Shown here piece by piece: positions 24,978-37,038 of a stretch of DNA of 64,000 nucleotides. Positions within the stretch are counted from its first letter, which is position 1. The number at the start of each line of letters is the position of its first letter. Where the stretch lies: positions 15,068,001-15,132,000 of the forward strand of contig CM059433.1 of NCBI GenBank assembly GCA_030390025.1. The letters are read 5' to 3'. Source of the stretch: Squalus acanthias (lineage: Eukaryota). The notes under the pieces are model-generated. The model saw only the letters and a program-made list of their open reading frames with translations, made no database searches and was not told where the DNA came from. The position numbers and the translations under genes are program-made.

Positions 24978-27900
24978 AGTTAGCCCATTTCCTTTATCTG
25001 GGTATGCACTCAACCATTATGACATGCAGAATTTGCATAACTGCATCTTTCACTTCTACATCCTTGCTAACATTTCTTTGTCAGTACAGTGTTTACCAAC
25101 AATTGGTGTCCTTATATGTTCTTTTCTAATATTTTTTAATAATATTCATGCCTTTCTACTCTCCTTTAAATCAGTATATGTATTAATCAATGGCACAAAC
25201 GTTGAATCCAAGGACAAGCATAGAGATTGAAGGCTACAAAATCCCAGTGAGGATGCATACCTTGTTTAAAAAAGTTTATTACATAGCTGTGAGGCAACAG
25301 ACCACAGATAAAACCCTAATTTTGATGGCCAGAAAATTGGTAACACTGCAAATCTGGCACACTGATGTCTGCACCTGATTCTCTGATCTGTTTTTCCACT
25401 GAGCGAGAATCCGTTGAAGAATAATGAACACATTTGTATGTGCTGTGCATATACAATATACTTATTTTGGTTTGCCTCAGATATTCAATACGGTCTATGA
25501 TTGTGCCATGGCCCTCTCAGTATCACTTGAGGTACTGAACAGTGGCTTGACTGAAATGTCAATGCCAGAATATCTCAGGAATATTATCAACATGGCTTCA
25601 CAGATTACTTTCCCCAAGGGAATAACCGTTTTCCTTTGCTTCCTTGGCAAAATGATGCTGAGCACCTTGAGTGAGGGTTTTATAGACCTCATGGAAGGCC
25701 AAAGATCTGTAGTTAGTGAGATCAGGACTCTTTGTGAGGACTTAGGCTCCAGCAGATATATACAAGCTGACTCACAGCATCTGGCACCTCCATCTCTTAG
25801 CACAGTACAGTGATGTCATCTTGTGCCTCTGGAGAAGTGAGTGTGCAGTATTCCAACATTGTGAAGACCACCAATAAAGTGGAAAAAATTCCAGGCATTG
25901 CTGCAGGTACCAATGAGATCTTGAAATCTGGAGACACCATCCTGTCCCAACCTATGGAAGCTCAGTAGCAGACTTCCCAGCCAGTATAAAGGGATTACTT
26001 GAGAATAGAACTTCCGAAAGACCGCATGGCACTTCTACACAGGGTGGATTAAATTCTCTGCACATTACACAAATAAATGGAATGTGTATAACAGAAATTT
26101 TGTTATGATCCCTTAAGGTAAATTCAACGAAGCTATGTTCTTGGCACAGAATTTAGTTTGACATTAGCATAGATTGGAGAAATGCAGTGCTCCTGATTTT
26201 TCGGTCATTTAAAATTTAGAACGTTTACCATAATCGTTCCAACGCATTCAGGGATATTTTGTAGAGTGCCACTTGACTAATCGATTTAAAAATGCACGAT
26301 GAACACGACCTGTAGCTTTTTTCCCTTCATCACAATGGTTGTGCTATTTTCAGTAACTATTGTACTTCTTCCCTGCAGCAATCCACCTTTCTGCTCATAA
26401 AATCAATTAACAGTAGAATCATAGACAAAACTAAAACCAGAGGTACATGATTGTAGGAATATTTTCAAATAGAGAGTTATTGTTTCATTAACAGCAATGT
26501 CTATCCACATCCATTTATCCAAATGATTCCAACACCTCATTAATTATCTGTAATTCTGCAGTATCTGTAAAATCACGAGTCACAAATCACACTGTGAAAC
26601 ATATAACTTTTACTGGTTTCTATCAGATCTCTATTTGCTGGAGCAACACATATTTCATATGTATACATTTACAATTGTTAATAAGCAAATTCATGAAAAG
26701 TTATTCATCAGTAATAAACAATGACTGACAGCGAGCCAAGAAATTATTACTTTACTCCTAGTATTAATTAACTGGTACACAAACTGTGATGATTCTTTAC
26801 CACTTAACAAGCTGGAATCAGCCTGACTGCATCTCTCTGCATCACTTTCCAAAACAACCTTCATATAAACATGCATCTCAGTGCTCACCTTTCTGAGGAC
26901 AAGTCTCACCAGGCTTAGCAATAGATGCAATTCAGCAGTCACATCTGACACTCAGCCTTAATAGATGACAGAATGAAATGTGCATTGGAAGAATCCTGCT
27001 TTCAGGAAAGTAATCACAGTAATACTGGAAGCTATTTGCTTGGTAGCTGCAGCCTGCTCATTCTTGGCGGTGTTGCTTTTTGCACATCCAGGATACAGCC
27101 AGCAGAGGAGTCCAATGATCTGTTAACTTGAGTAAGACAACTGTAAAAAAAAGCCTCCGACACTCAGTCTTGCAATCAGTGTGTGAAGTATATCTCGGGA
27201 AGTGATCGGTTCCAGAAAGAAGCATTGATCATAATCCCAGCATCTATTTAAAAAAAAAAGAATGCTTCACAAGCAACACAGATCATTGTGAGAGCATTTG
27301 TATTAAACAGAAACAAGCTTTAGAAGGAAAAAAAGGGATTTGCATTTATACAGCATCTTTCACAATCTCGGGATGTCCCAAAATATTCCACAGCTGGTGA
27401 AGAACTTTAGAAGTGCAGTCATTGTTAGGGAAATGGACAGATAGTACTCAATTTGATATATAACGTGAATAAGGATTGTTACACAAGGATAGATATTTTG
27501 AAAAATATTAAGAATTTGAAGCTTTTTTATCAATAAGTTTTCTCCCCTTCTCTTTCCCATCTACCAGTGGTGTCACAGGTAACATTGTTCCCTAATTTAG
27601 TGCATGTTTTAATACTATTATCCTTTAATTATTAGATTATAGTTTGAAGGAAAAAAAGCTAATTTCCATAAATATTGATTGAAGTTTGCAGTTAAAGTAC
27701 TGGTTACAGTATTCGTTATGATTTTATGAAATAAATTTAGAAATTTATAATTTATGTGTAGGGTGTATGTTATTTTAACACTTAAAATATTTAGAAAAGC
27801 ATGTACATTAGTAACCATAAGTGAAAGGTAGTCTGGAAGCGTATGCAGTGACAGCGCACTGCCAATATTGGCTTAAGCCGAGCAGCTCTTTGAGAGGATA

Positions 27901-28937
27901 ACATTTGGCTAGATAATTGAAAGTTGCTGGAATTGAGATTGTTATAACAAAGGTATGGGGGGGGGCGCACGAAGCTGGGCTTGCTAGCGCCCATTTTTTG
28001 GGGTGCTACGAAGCCCCTTAAGTGTCCAAAATGGCATGTGCAGCGTGCACGCGAACATCCGACGGGAGGCGCGGCAGATGCCATATTTTAAAGGGGTTAG
28101 CGCGTGCCCACCGGCAGCATGCAGCGCAGGCAGATCGTGACGTCAATCAGCGTGCAACGCTGATTTGCCGCCAGCGCTGCCACTTTGGAGCTCCACGCTT
28201 CAACCTACGCTCTCTCTTGACCCCGCACAGCTGAACACAACGTTAAGCAGCATGAAGGACCCCCCACTATTTAAGTGGATCATCAACTACCTACAGGTTA
28301 GTTGCAATTCTATGAGTTTTGGGTGCTTTTCACAGTTGGTTAAAGTTTCAATAGTGTACAGGGAGAATACAGGGTGTGGCAGGTGCTAAAGTACATTTTT
28401 GCTGACTTAAAGGCTTCTGCACAGATCAGTTGCCTCCAGACATGAGTGGCCTAGTAGGCCTTCCTCTTGGCATTGAGCATGACTGGGAGAATGAAGAGAT
28501 GCCACGCAGAGCAGGACAAGCTGCTAGAAGATGAAGGAGGAGGAGGAGGGGCAGAAGCAGCTCTTGGCAGAAGGCCATATCCGCAGAAGGGTGTTTAGGG
28601 AGCAATTCTCCCACCTGAACCTCAGCCACAACCAATGCTTGGGACGTCTGCCCTTCACCAAAGAGGTCATCACTAAAATCTGCCACCTGCTGCAGGCACA
28701 ACTCCAACCTCAGAGCAGGGCAAGGACCGCATTGCCTGTGGCTGTCAAGGTGACTGAGGCTCTGAACTTTTATGCTTCTGGCTCCTTCCGAGCTGTTGCT
28801 GGAGATATAAGCAACATCTCTCAGTTTGCAGTGCACTGCTGCATAAGGGAGCTTACTGAGGCTCTCTATGCAAAGAAAGATAACTTCATTTCATTTCCTC
28901 TTGCCAGACAGTAGCAGGCAGAGCGAGCATGAGGGTT

Positions 28938-28990
28938 TAGAACATAAGAAAATAAGAAATTGGAGCTGGAGTAGGCCATTTGGCCCTTCG
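28938..28990 (-). mobile_element. CR1 3' tail stub inserted in the transposase
   Basis: Reverse complement of the CR1 3' hairpin and tail. Confidence 0.75.
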
Positions 28991-29021
28991 AGGATTGCAG
29001 GCTTCCCCATGTTGTAGGGTG

Positions 29022-29214
29022 ATGTGGAGATGCAGGTGTTGGACAAATGTGAGAAGTCGCACAACACCAGGTTATAGTCCAACAGCTTTATTTGAAATCA
29101 CAAGCTTTCGGAGCGCTGCTCTCTTCACTTCACCTGACGAAGGAGCAGCGCTGCGAAAGCTTGTGATTTCAAATAAAGCTGTTGGACTATAACCTGGTGT
29201 TGTGCGACTTCTCA
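29022..29214. mobile_element. PLE-type fold-back mini-insertion with 14-bp TSD
   Basis: Inverted arms spanning 29047-29217; TSD CATGTTGTAGGGTG (29008-29021) / CATGTTGTAAGGTG (29215-29228). Confidence 0.85.
29130..29166 (+). ncRNA. Minimal type I hammerhead ribozyme motif
   Basis: TCAC-CTGACGA-A-GGAGC AGC GCTGC-GAAAGCTT-GTGA; one mismatch in stem II. Confidence 0.75.
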
Positions 29215-29761
29215 CATGTTGTAAGGTGCCATTGACTGCATGCCCATTGCTTGGCATATGCCTCATGTTAACTCTGGCATGTACCTGAACCAAAATGGGT
29301 TCCTCTCGTGAATGTGCAGTTGAAGTGTGAGCACAGGCAGTCCATCATGTAGGTCAATGGCCGGTATCCTGGCAGCAGTCACGATGCATTCATTCTGTGG
29401 CAGTCCGCTGTGCCAGCTGTATTTCAACCACCACGGCAAACGAAAGGGTGGCTACTGGGTGACAAGGGTTATCCGCTGACGACATGGCTCTCATGACTCC
29501 GGTGCGTAACCCACGCACACATGCACGGCAGGCATACAACGAGAGCCATGCAGCCACAAGAAATCTGATAGAGCAGACCGTTGGCGTCCTGTAGCAATGA
29601 TTCCATTGCCTCTACCACTCTGTAGGAACCCTGTAGTACTCGGCTGAGTGAGTCTCAAGATTTGTTGTGGTACAATGCTGCATGCTGCACAACCGTGTTA
29701 TTATGAGAGAACAGCCCCTGCCACCACCTATCAGGCAAGAAGCTGAAGAGCAGGAGCACAA

Positions 29762-29865
29762 GGAGGAGGAGGTGGAAGAGGAGGAGGTGGAAGAGGAGGA
29801 GGTGGAAGAGGAGGAGGTGGAAGAGGAGGAGGTGGAAGAGGAGGAGGTGGAAGAGGAGGAAGAGG
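29762..29865 (+). repeat. 15-bp tandem repeat (GAGGAGGAGGTGGAA)n encoding EEEVE
   Basis: About six near-perfect units read directly. Confidence 0.95.
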
Positions 29866-30636
29866 AAGGGAGGCTGCAACCTAGACAACCCCTTTCTGCC
29901 CAGCCTGTAGGTGAACAAATAATTAATGAGCGACATCAATAACCTCAACCCCAATTCCCTATCCACCAACAGTCCCACATTCCTTACCTTTCCTCTGTCA
30001 CTGACCATCACATCGCCCTCTTTCCCACAATGTAAAAATAAAAGCCAACGCAGAATACACATTCCAATCCAAATTCATGAATTAAATCACGCCATAGCAC
30101 ATACAAAAATAAAGTAATCACCCTTGTGCATTCCCTTAGTGCCTCTTCCATGTGCTTTGCCTCTCCTAGTGCTCTTACGAGGTGCTACTTTCAGCGGCGA
30201 GGACTACAGATGGCCTTGGAGGGTGACCTCGAGCAGCTCTGGGCCAAGAAAGCCCGGCTGCAGACTGCACCATCTCAACATGGGCGGCAGCAGTCTGGGC
30301 TGGCTGGCTGACAGGCAACAACAAGGGCACTGGCGGAGTGGCAGGGGTGGGATCGCGAATGCTGTCATCCAGAGAGAGGACAGCAGGCTCGTGCTCCATG
30401 GAGCCACTGCCGCTCTCCCGGGGCGGCATATCAGCAATCCTAGTGATCTGTTGGAGAACAGATTGCTGGAGTGCTGTGATGCACTAGAAACCCCTTTGAA
30501 CAGTGGTTTCCAGAGCCATGACGGCAACAGTCTGAACTTGCATGGCACCAGTCTGAGCTTCCACTGCAGCCAGCACTCAAACGTGGGTAGATGTTGCTTG
30601 CAATGCAATGGAAGCTGAAACATCGGCCATCAAACG

Positions 30637-32784
30637 TTGCATCATGTCACTCTGCTAATTAAGAATGGCGAGAGAGGGAAACCAGGGAATTATAGATCAG
30701 TTAGCCTAACATCTGTTGTCACAAAATTACTAGAGTCTATAATTAAGGATAGGGTAACTGAATACCTCAAAAATTTTCAGCTGATCAGAGAGAGCCAGCA
30801 TGGATTTGTGAAAGGCAGGTCATGTCTGACCTGATTGAATTTTTTGAAGAGTTGACTAAAGTAGTGGACGAGGGAATGTCTATGGATGTTATTTATATGG
30901 ACTGCCAGAAAGCATTTGATAAAGTCCCTCATAAGAGACTGTTCACTAAGGTTGAAGCCCATGGAATTGAAGGCAAATTATTGACCTGGTTAGGAAATTG
31001 GCTGAGCAGCAGGAGACAGAGAGTAGGAATAATGGGCAGGTACTCAAATTGGCAGGATGTGACTAGTGGTGTCCTGCAAGGATCTGTGTTGGGGCCTCAA
31101 CTATTGACCATATTTATTAACGACTTAGATGATGAGATAGAAAGTGACATATCCAAATTTGCCAATGACACAAAGATAGGCGGCATTGTAGGCAGTGTAG
31201 ATGGAAGCATAAAATTACAAAAAGATATTGGCCCAGAAATTGATCTCGCTCTGTTCCCGCGGGGGTAAGGCTTTCCCGCGATCTCTCACCTCGCTTGTGC
31301 TTTTTCAGATCCAGCTCGCACGAACTTCATGTTCTAGAGATCAGCTGGGCAGTGCTTGCGTATCCCAGCGGCGTAGTGAATTCATGCGAGCTGTGGGATC
31401 ACGTGACTCAGTTAGAGCCAATGGCAGCACACCATCTTCCATTCATAAGTTTCACAGCACGGCTGTGACATCTATGAATCTTACACCCCCCCAAAATAAC
31501 AGCTAAACCTCAATTAAATTTAAAAAAAAACCATCACATTAATAAAATAAGTATAGTTAATTAAATTAACCATTTTAAATAAAAAATTAAATTTTTGAAA
31601 AAATTTAAAATCTTTTAAAAAGTTATAAAAATAAACTTACCTGTCTTTAAAGTCTCTAAAAAAGATATACCTGTTAAAAAAAATTCAAAAAAATACTTAA
31701 TTCACTACTTACCTTCTTAAAAGCGGGTCTTACTCCTCCTTTTTACATTTCCAAAATCTTCCGTACTTACCTGCGCGTCCAAAGCATGAAGTGCACAGCG
31801 TGCGCGCAGCCTGTAGCGCGCATGCGATGCACCGAGGACCCGCCCCCTTTTCAGAAGAGCAATTGCCGGTTTTCAGCGCATGCGCAGGGCATGCAGAAAA
31901 CCGGCAATTGGAGTGGGAATACGCGAGAGTACGCAGTGCGTACTCTCGCGTCCCGGGATCAATTTTCGGCCCATTGATAGATTAAGTGAATGGGCAAAAC
32001 TGTGGCAAATGGATTTCAATGTAAGCAAATGTGAGGTCATCCACTTTGGACCTAAAAAGGATAGAACAGGGTACTTTCTAAATTGTGAAAAGCTAAAAAC
32101 AGTGGAGGTCCAAAGAGACTTGGGGGTCCAGGTACATAGATCATTAAAATGTCATGAACAAGTGAAAATAATCAAAAAGGCTGTTGTGGGATGCTGGCTT
32201 TTATAGCTAGAGGACTAGAATACAAGGGGGTAGAAGTTATGCTGCAGCTATACAAAACCCTGTTTAGACCACACCTGGAGTACTGTGAGCAGTTCTGGGC
32301 ACCACACCTTAGGAAGGATATATTGGCCTTGGAGGGAGTGCAGCGTAGGTTTACCAGAATGATACTCGGACTTCAAGGGTTAAGTTATGAGGAGAGATTA
32401 CGCAAATTAAAGTTGTATTCCCTGGAATTTTGATGGTTTTCAAGATATTAAGGGGAACAGATAGGGTAGATAGAGAGAAACTATTTCCGCTGGTTGGGGA
32501 GTCTAGGACTAGGGGGCATAGTCTAAAAATTAGAGCCAGACCTTACAGGAGTGAAGTTAGGGAACACATCTACGCACAAAGGATGGTAGAAGTTTGGCAC
32601 TCTCTTCTGCATACGGCAATTGATGCTAGATCAATTGTTAATTTTAAATCTGAGATTGATAGATTTTTGTTAACCAAAGGTATTAAGTGGATAAATGGAG
32701 TTAGGACACAGATCAGCTATGTTCTCATTGAATGACAGAACTGGCTCAAGGGGCTAAATGGCCTACTCCTGTTCCTATGTTCCT
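30637..32784 (+). mobile_element. 5'-truncated CR1 LINE interrupted by a MITE
   Basis: RT motifs in ORFs at 30637, 30822, 32191 and 32430; QKDI/DRLSEW is split by the MITE. Confidence 0.95.
31230..31972. mobile_element. Harbinger-type MITE, ATT TSD, AT-rich core
   Basis: TIRs GGCCCAGAAATTGATC / GATCAATTTTCGGCCC; removing the element and one ATT restores the CR1 frame. Confidence 0.92.
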
Positions 32785-33595
32785 TTGGTTCCACAGGTGT
32801 CCTGCTAGAGGTGGCCACCCATTCCATGGTGGAAAGGATGGGCTCCAAGCTCTGTGCAAAGCCCTATGCCAAGTTGGTGCTGGATTCCTCCATGCTCCTT
32901 GACATTGAGCGCAGGTTTTCTGGCAGGGTTTCCAGTGCACCAAGCAGTTGGGTATGTACACCATTCAGCTTTCTTTTGTAGCCTGACCCATCAAAGTCAT
33001 CACCTGAGTCCTCTGCAGCGGATCTGCACGTGGTGAGACACCGGGCACAAGTGCCCTGGCTGCAGCGCACTTGTGCCCGGTGTCTCACCAAGTGCAGATG
33101 CCGCCTCTATGCTCCTCTCTAAATTACGCACAGTGTCAGTATCTGAGCTGGTGGCTATGACTGTGAAATCGAGAGATGGTGTGTCTTCATCTTCACTGTC
33201 TTCTTGCTCTTCCTCCACTGCCTGGGCAGGTGCAGTTCTTGGGTATCTGAAAGGAAAAAGGGACAAGGGTTGGGTTGTGGTGAGGGGAGAGGAGAAAGTA
33301 AGAACTGCATGTTTACATCATCAGCAGCTTCTCAGTCAGAGGAGATTGTGGGATGAGAGAGAAATGAGATAAGAGAAGAAAGATTAGGTATGTGGATACA
33401 CTCACCTTCAATGTCTTCAGCCCCACTGGTGGCCAGGGGCTCTGCAATGGCCCTTCCCATAATGACCAGCACCATCTCCTCCATGAGGGTTAGAACATGC
33501 AGGCGCGCCTCTCCCCCTCCGATTAGTTCCTGCTGCCTCTGGTTGTGCACCACTTTCCCCTGCAAGAGAGGGAAGTAGGTCAGTAAGATTTTTTT

Positions 33596-34325
33596 AATTC
33601 ATTCATGGGATGTGGTCGTCGCTGGCAAAGCCAGCATTTATTGCCCATCCCTAATTGCCCTTGAGAAGGTGGTGGTGAGCCGCCTTCTTGAACCGCTGCA
33701 GTCCGTGTGGTGAAGGTACTCCCACAGTGCTGTTAGGGAGGGAGTTCCAGGATTTTTACCCAACGATGATGAAGGATCGGCCGATATACTTCTAAGTCAG
33801 GAAGGTGTGTGACTTGGAGGGGAACTTGGAGGTGGTGGTGTTCCCATGTGCCTGCTGCCCTTGTCCTTCTAGGTGGTAGAGGTCGCGCGTTTGGGAGGTG
33901 CTGCCGAAGAAGCCTTGGTGAGTTGCTGCAGTGCACCTTGTAGATGGTATACACTTCAGACACGGTACGCTGGTGGTGGAGGGAGTGAATGTTTAAGGTG
34001 GTGGATGGGGTGCCAAATCATGCAGGCTGCTTTGTCCTGGATGGAGTCGAGCTTCTTGAGTGTTGTTGGAGCTGCACTCATCCAGGCAAATGGAGAGTGT
34101 TCCATCACACTCCTGACTTGTGCCTTGTAGATGGTGGAAAGGCTTTGGCGAGTCTGGAGGTGAGACACTCGCCGCAGAATACCCAGCCTACTCTTGTAGC
34201 CACAGTATTTATGTGGCTGGTCCAGTTAAGTTTCTGGTCAATAGTGACCCCCCACAGGATGTTAATGGTGGGGAATTCGTCGATGGCAATCCCATTAAAT
34301 GTCACAGGGAAGTGGCTAGACTGAA
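33596..34325 (-). mobile_element. CR1/L2-group LINE 3' fragment (distinct family)
   Basis: LGVTIDQKLNWTSHI, IYKAQVRSVMEHSPFAW and LDSIQDKA RT C-terminal motifs. Confidence 0.85.
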
Positions 34326-35267
34326 TGAATAGCATATGAATGTTAGGTATTAGTCCTGATTGATAGAGATTGTTGGTAGGTGAGTGATGGGGATGTGGTA
34401 CATTGAGCAATGGCTAGGCTGGAGCAGGCTCGAAGGTCCGAATGGCCTACTCCTGCTCCTTTTTTTCTATTTTTTTCTAAGGCTACTGGTGCAGTTGGTA
34501 GGATATGGCATTTGAAGATGCATTCACTGACCTTGACCACTCGTGTGAGATCACTAAACTTCTTACTGCACTGCATCCAGGTCCTTGGGGCTACACTCCT
34601 GGCATTGACCTCCGCTGCTATCTCTTGCCACTGCCCTCTGAGCCTGTGTCTGGAGGGTCTTCAGTCCCCTCTGAGGGTACAGGACATTTCTCCTTCTTTC
34701 CACCTCTTTCACCAAGGCCTCCAGTGCAGCATCCAAAAACCTTGGTGCCCGCTCTTTCCCATGGTGAGCCATGGTTGATTGTTGCACAGTGCACTATTCC
34801 CAATGATCTCCGCACCTCCCGCAGCCACAGTGCACTTTCCCTTTAAGAAGTGCAGGTTAGCATTAAGTAGTGTTGGCAGTAACAATATTGCGCCCCTGCT
34901 GATGCGTGCAGCCAATGAACAGCGCAGGGTGTGCTGGCTGCACGCAGAAATCGTGATAATGAGCAGCCAACATGAAGTCAACGTCCTGCCTGCATTTCAA
35001 TCAACGGGCGCGGGGTAAACATCCATCGCGATCCCTGCACCCATTTTTGGGGTTATCCAATTTAACCACCGTGTTCTTTTAACTGCTGCCCCATGTATTT
35101 CCTCTTTTGAACAAGTTGTGGAGCCATTGATGAGAATTGTGCCAAGATAGTGATATCTTTTCTGCCTAGCTTCTCAATTAGTTCCCTCATTGCTGCAGCT
35201 AAAGTTTCCCACACAGCTAGCACACCGTGGTAACTTAGGTCCGAAATTTCTACAAAAAAGGACCATC

Positions 35268-35396
35268 AATTTCCATGAGGGTTCTCTCAATTGTCTACCG
35301 TAACTTCATCAGAATATCCTTGGAAACCTCAGAAACATGGCTCTTCTGCTCCAGTTATGGTGGACAAGCGAGAGAACCCTGTGGAAATTCTACCCC
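35268..35396. repeat. Small imperfect hairpin (mini-MITE)
   Basis: ~38-bp inverted arms AATTTCCATGAGGGTTCTCTC... / ...GAGAGAACCCTGTGGAAATT, ending CTACCCC. Confidence 0.6.
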
Positions 35397-35925
35397 GAGG
35401 TGTCACTAACCCTATTGAAGTGGCATGTTTAAAATAATCTACGAGCAAATAGCTTATTTCTTTAACTTTACTGTCTAAACATGCAAATGATGTCAATTTT
35501 TGGGACTTGATGCTGAAATTTTAACTTTGGGTAATATAGTTGTAAAAATATGCTGAAGGACTAGGCAATTAAAATGAAGCCACTTATTAGCATCAGACAG
35601 TGATGAGGTTAGGAATGCTTTCACTTACTGCTGATGTAGGAAGGCTCCACTTTCCAAAAATACAGCTGGTTAACTTAATGCTTGTGGTAAATCAAGATTG
35701 CAAATCAGTGCACAGAACTGAGAGTCGTAACTAATTAAGCAGTTAACAAACACCTGTGTTCATTCTCAGTGGCTGATAATCTCCGACGGTAATTCTCATA
35801 CAGGATAATTGAATGGAATCATATTAAACAGATGAACCTGCCATGAGATCAGAAAATATGTTAACAAAGCACTATCAAAGAAGCAAGTGGGTTCAGAAGT
35901 TAATGCGCCAGCCTTCAAGTTAAAA

Positions 35926-36960
35926 ATTCATTCTTGGGAAAAGGATGTCGCTGGCAAGGCCAGCATTTATTGCCCATCCCTAGTTGCCCTTGAGAAGGGG
36001 GTGGTGAGCCTTTTTCTTTAACCGCTGCAGTCCGTGTGGTGAAGGTACTCCCACAGTGCTCTTAGGGAGGAACTTCCAAGATTTTGACCAAGCGACGATG
36101 AAGGATCAGCGATATACTTCTAAGTCAGGATGGTGTGTGACTTAGAAGGGAACATGCAGGTGACGGTGTTCCCTTGCGCCTTGCTGCCCTTGTCCTTCCA
36201 GGTGGCAGAGGTCATGGGTTTGGGAGGGGCTACCAAATAAGCCTCGGCAACTTACTGCAGTGCATCCTGTAGATAGTACACTCTTCTTTTCTTAGGCAGT
36301 CCCTCGGAACCGAGGATGACTTGCTTCCACATTAAAAATGAGTTCTCAGGTGACTGATGAGTCCAATGCGGGACCTACAGTCTCTGTCACAGGTGGGCAG
36401 ATGGTGGTTGAAGGGGCGGGTGGGTGGGGTGCTTGGGTTGACTTGCGCTGCTTGCGCTTGACTTCCGCTTGCTCCCGGCGAAGAGACTCGAGGTGTTCGG
36501 CGCCTTCCCGGATGCTTCTCCTCCACTTTGTGCAGTCTTGGGCCAGGGATTCCCAGGTGTCGGTGGGGATGTTACACTTTTTCAAGGAGGCTTTGAGGGT
36601 GTCCTTGAAGCGTTTCCTCTGCCCACCTGGGGCTCTGTTGCCGTGCCGGAGCTCCGAGTTGAGCGCTTGTTTTGGGAGTCTCGTATCGGGCGTGCGGACG
36701 ATGTGACCCGTCCATCGGAGCTGATCGAGCATGGTCAAAGCTTCGATGCTGGGGATGTTGGCCTGAGCAAGAACACTGACGTTGGTGCGCCTATCCTGCC
36801 AATGGATTTGCAGGATCTTGTGGAGGCAGCGTTGGTGGTACCTCTCCAGTGCTTTGAGGTGCCTGCTGTACATGGCTGCAGTGTGGACTATCTGTTACCA
36901 TGTACAGATAGTACACACTGCAGCCACGGTGCGCTGGTAGTGGAGGGAGTGAATGTTTAC
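35926..36960 (-). mobile_element. CR1/L2-group LINE 3' fragment interrupted by RTE
   Basis: Collinear with 33596-33995 on both sides of the RTE. Confidence 0.85.
36282..36905 (-). mobile_element. RTE-clade LINE 3' fragment with 11-bp TSD
   Basis: LERYHQRCLHKILQIHWQD, QLRWTGHIVR, GGQRKRFKDTLK, C-terminal CPTC-like...IGLISHLRTH; TSD AGATAGTACAC at 36271 and 36906. Confidence 0.92.
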
Positions 36961-37038
36961 ACAAAGATTATGCGTCTTGTCACAATAATGAGATGCACCT
37001 CACATCTGATCAGAGGTTGGCAACAATTGAAAAATCCC

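Larger units (their letters stand above)
28442..29942 (+). pseudogene. Harbinger DDE transposase (HARBI1-like), disrupted
   Basis: [53 protein letters not shown] and CCMLHN motifs; acidic tail; stops, frameshifts and two insertions. Confidence 0.92.
30120..34772 (-). pseudogene. Harbinger Myb/SANT-like gene, multi-exon, disrupted
   Basis: Exon 34772-34532 MAHHGKERAPRFLDAALEALVKEVERRRNVLYP...WMQCSKKFSDLTRVVK; exon ~33560-33406; last exon split by CR1. Confidence 0.85.
27957..35070. mobile_element. Two-gene PIF/Harbinger DNA transposon, decayed, with nested insertions
   Basis: Convergent HARBI1-like transposase (+) and Myb/SANT gene (-); right terminus CCAATTTAACCACC; GC-rich subterminal regions. 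Confidence 0.85.

Noticed and set aside
25424..26000. 129-aa ORF / possible ancient RTE fragment
   Set aside because: Only a faint PPSL...PG...EILKSG resemblance; too decayed to call.
26691..26951. 86-aa ORF in unique sequence
   Set aside because: Non-ATG start and no recognisable homology; could be conserved non-coding DNA but this cannot be tested here.
29047..29217. Palindrome read as a DNA-transposon MITE or a CRISPR-like repeat
   Set aside because: Long TSD, asymmetric leader and hammerhead core indicate a retroelement origin; there is no repeat-spacer array.
28442..29942. Host HARBI1 gene
   Set aside because: Multiple stops and insertions, and it lies within a transposon with a Myb partner.
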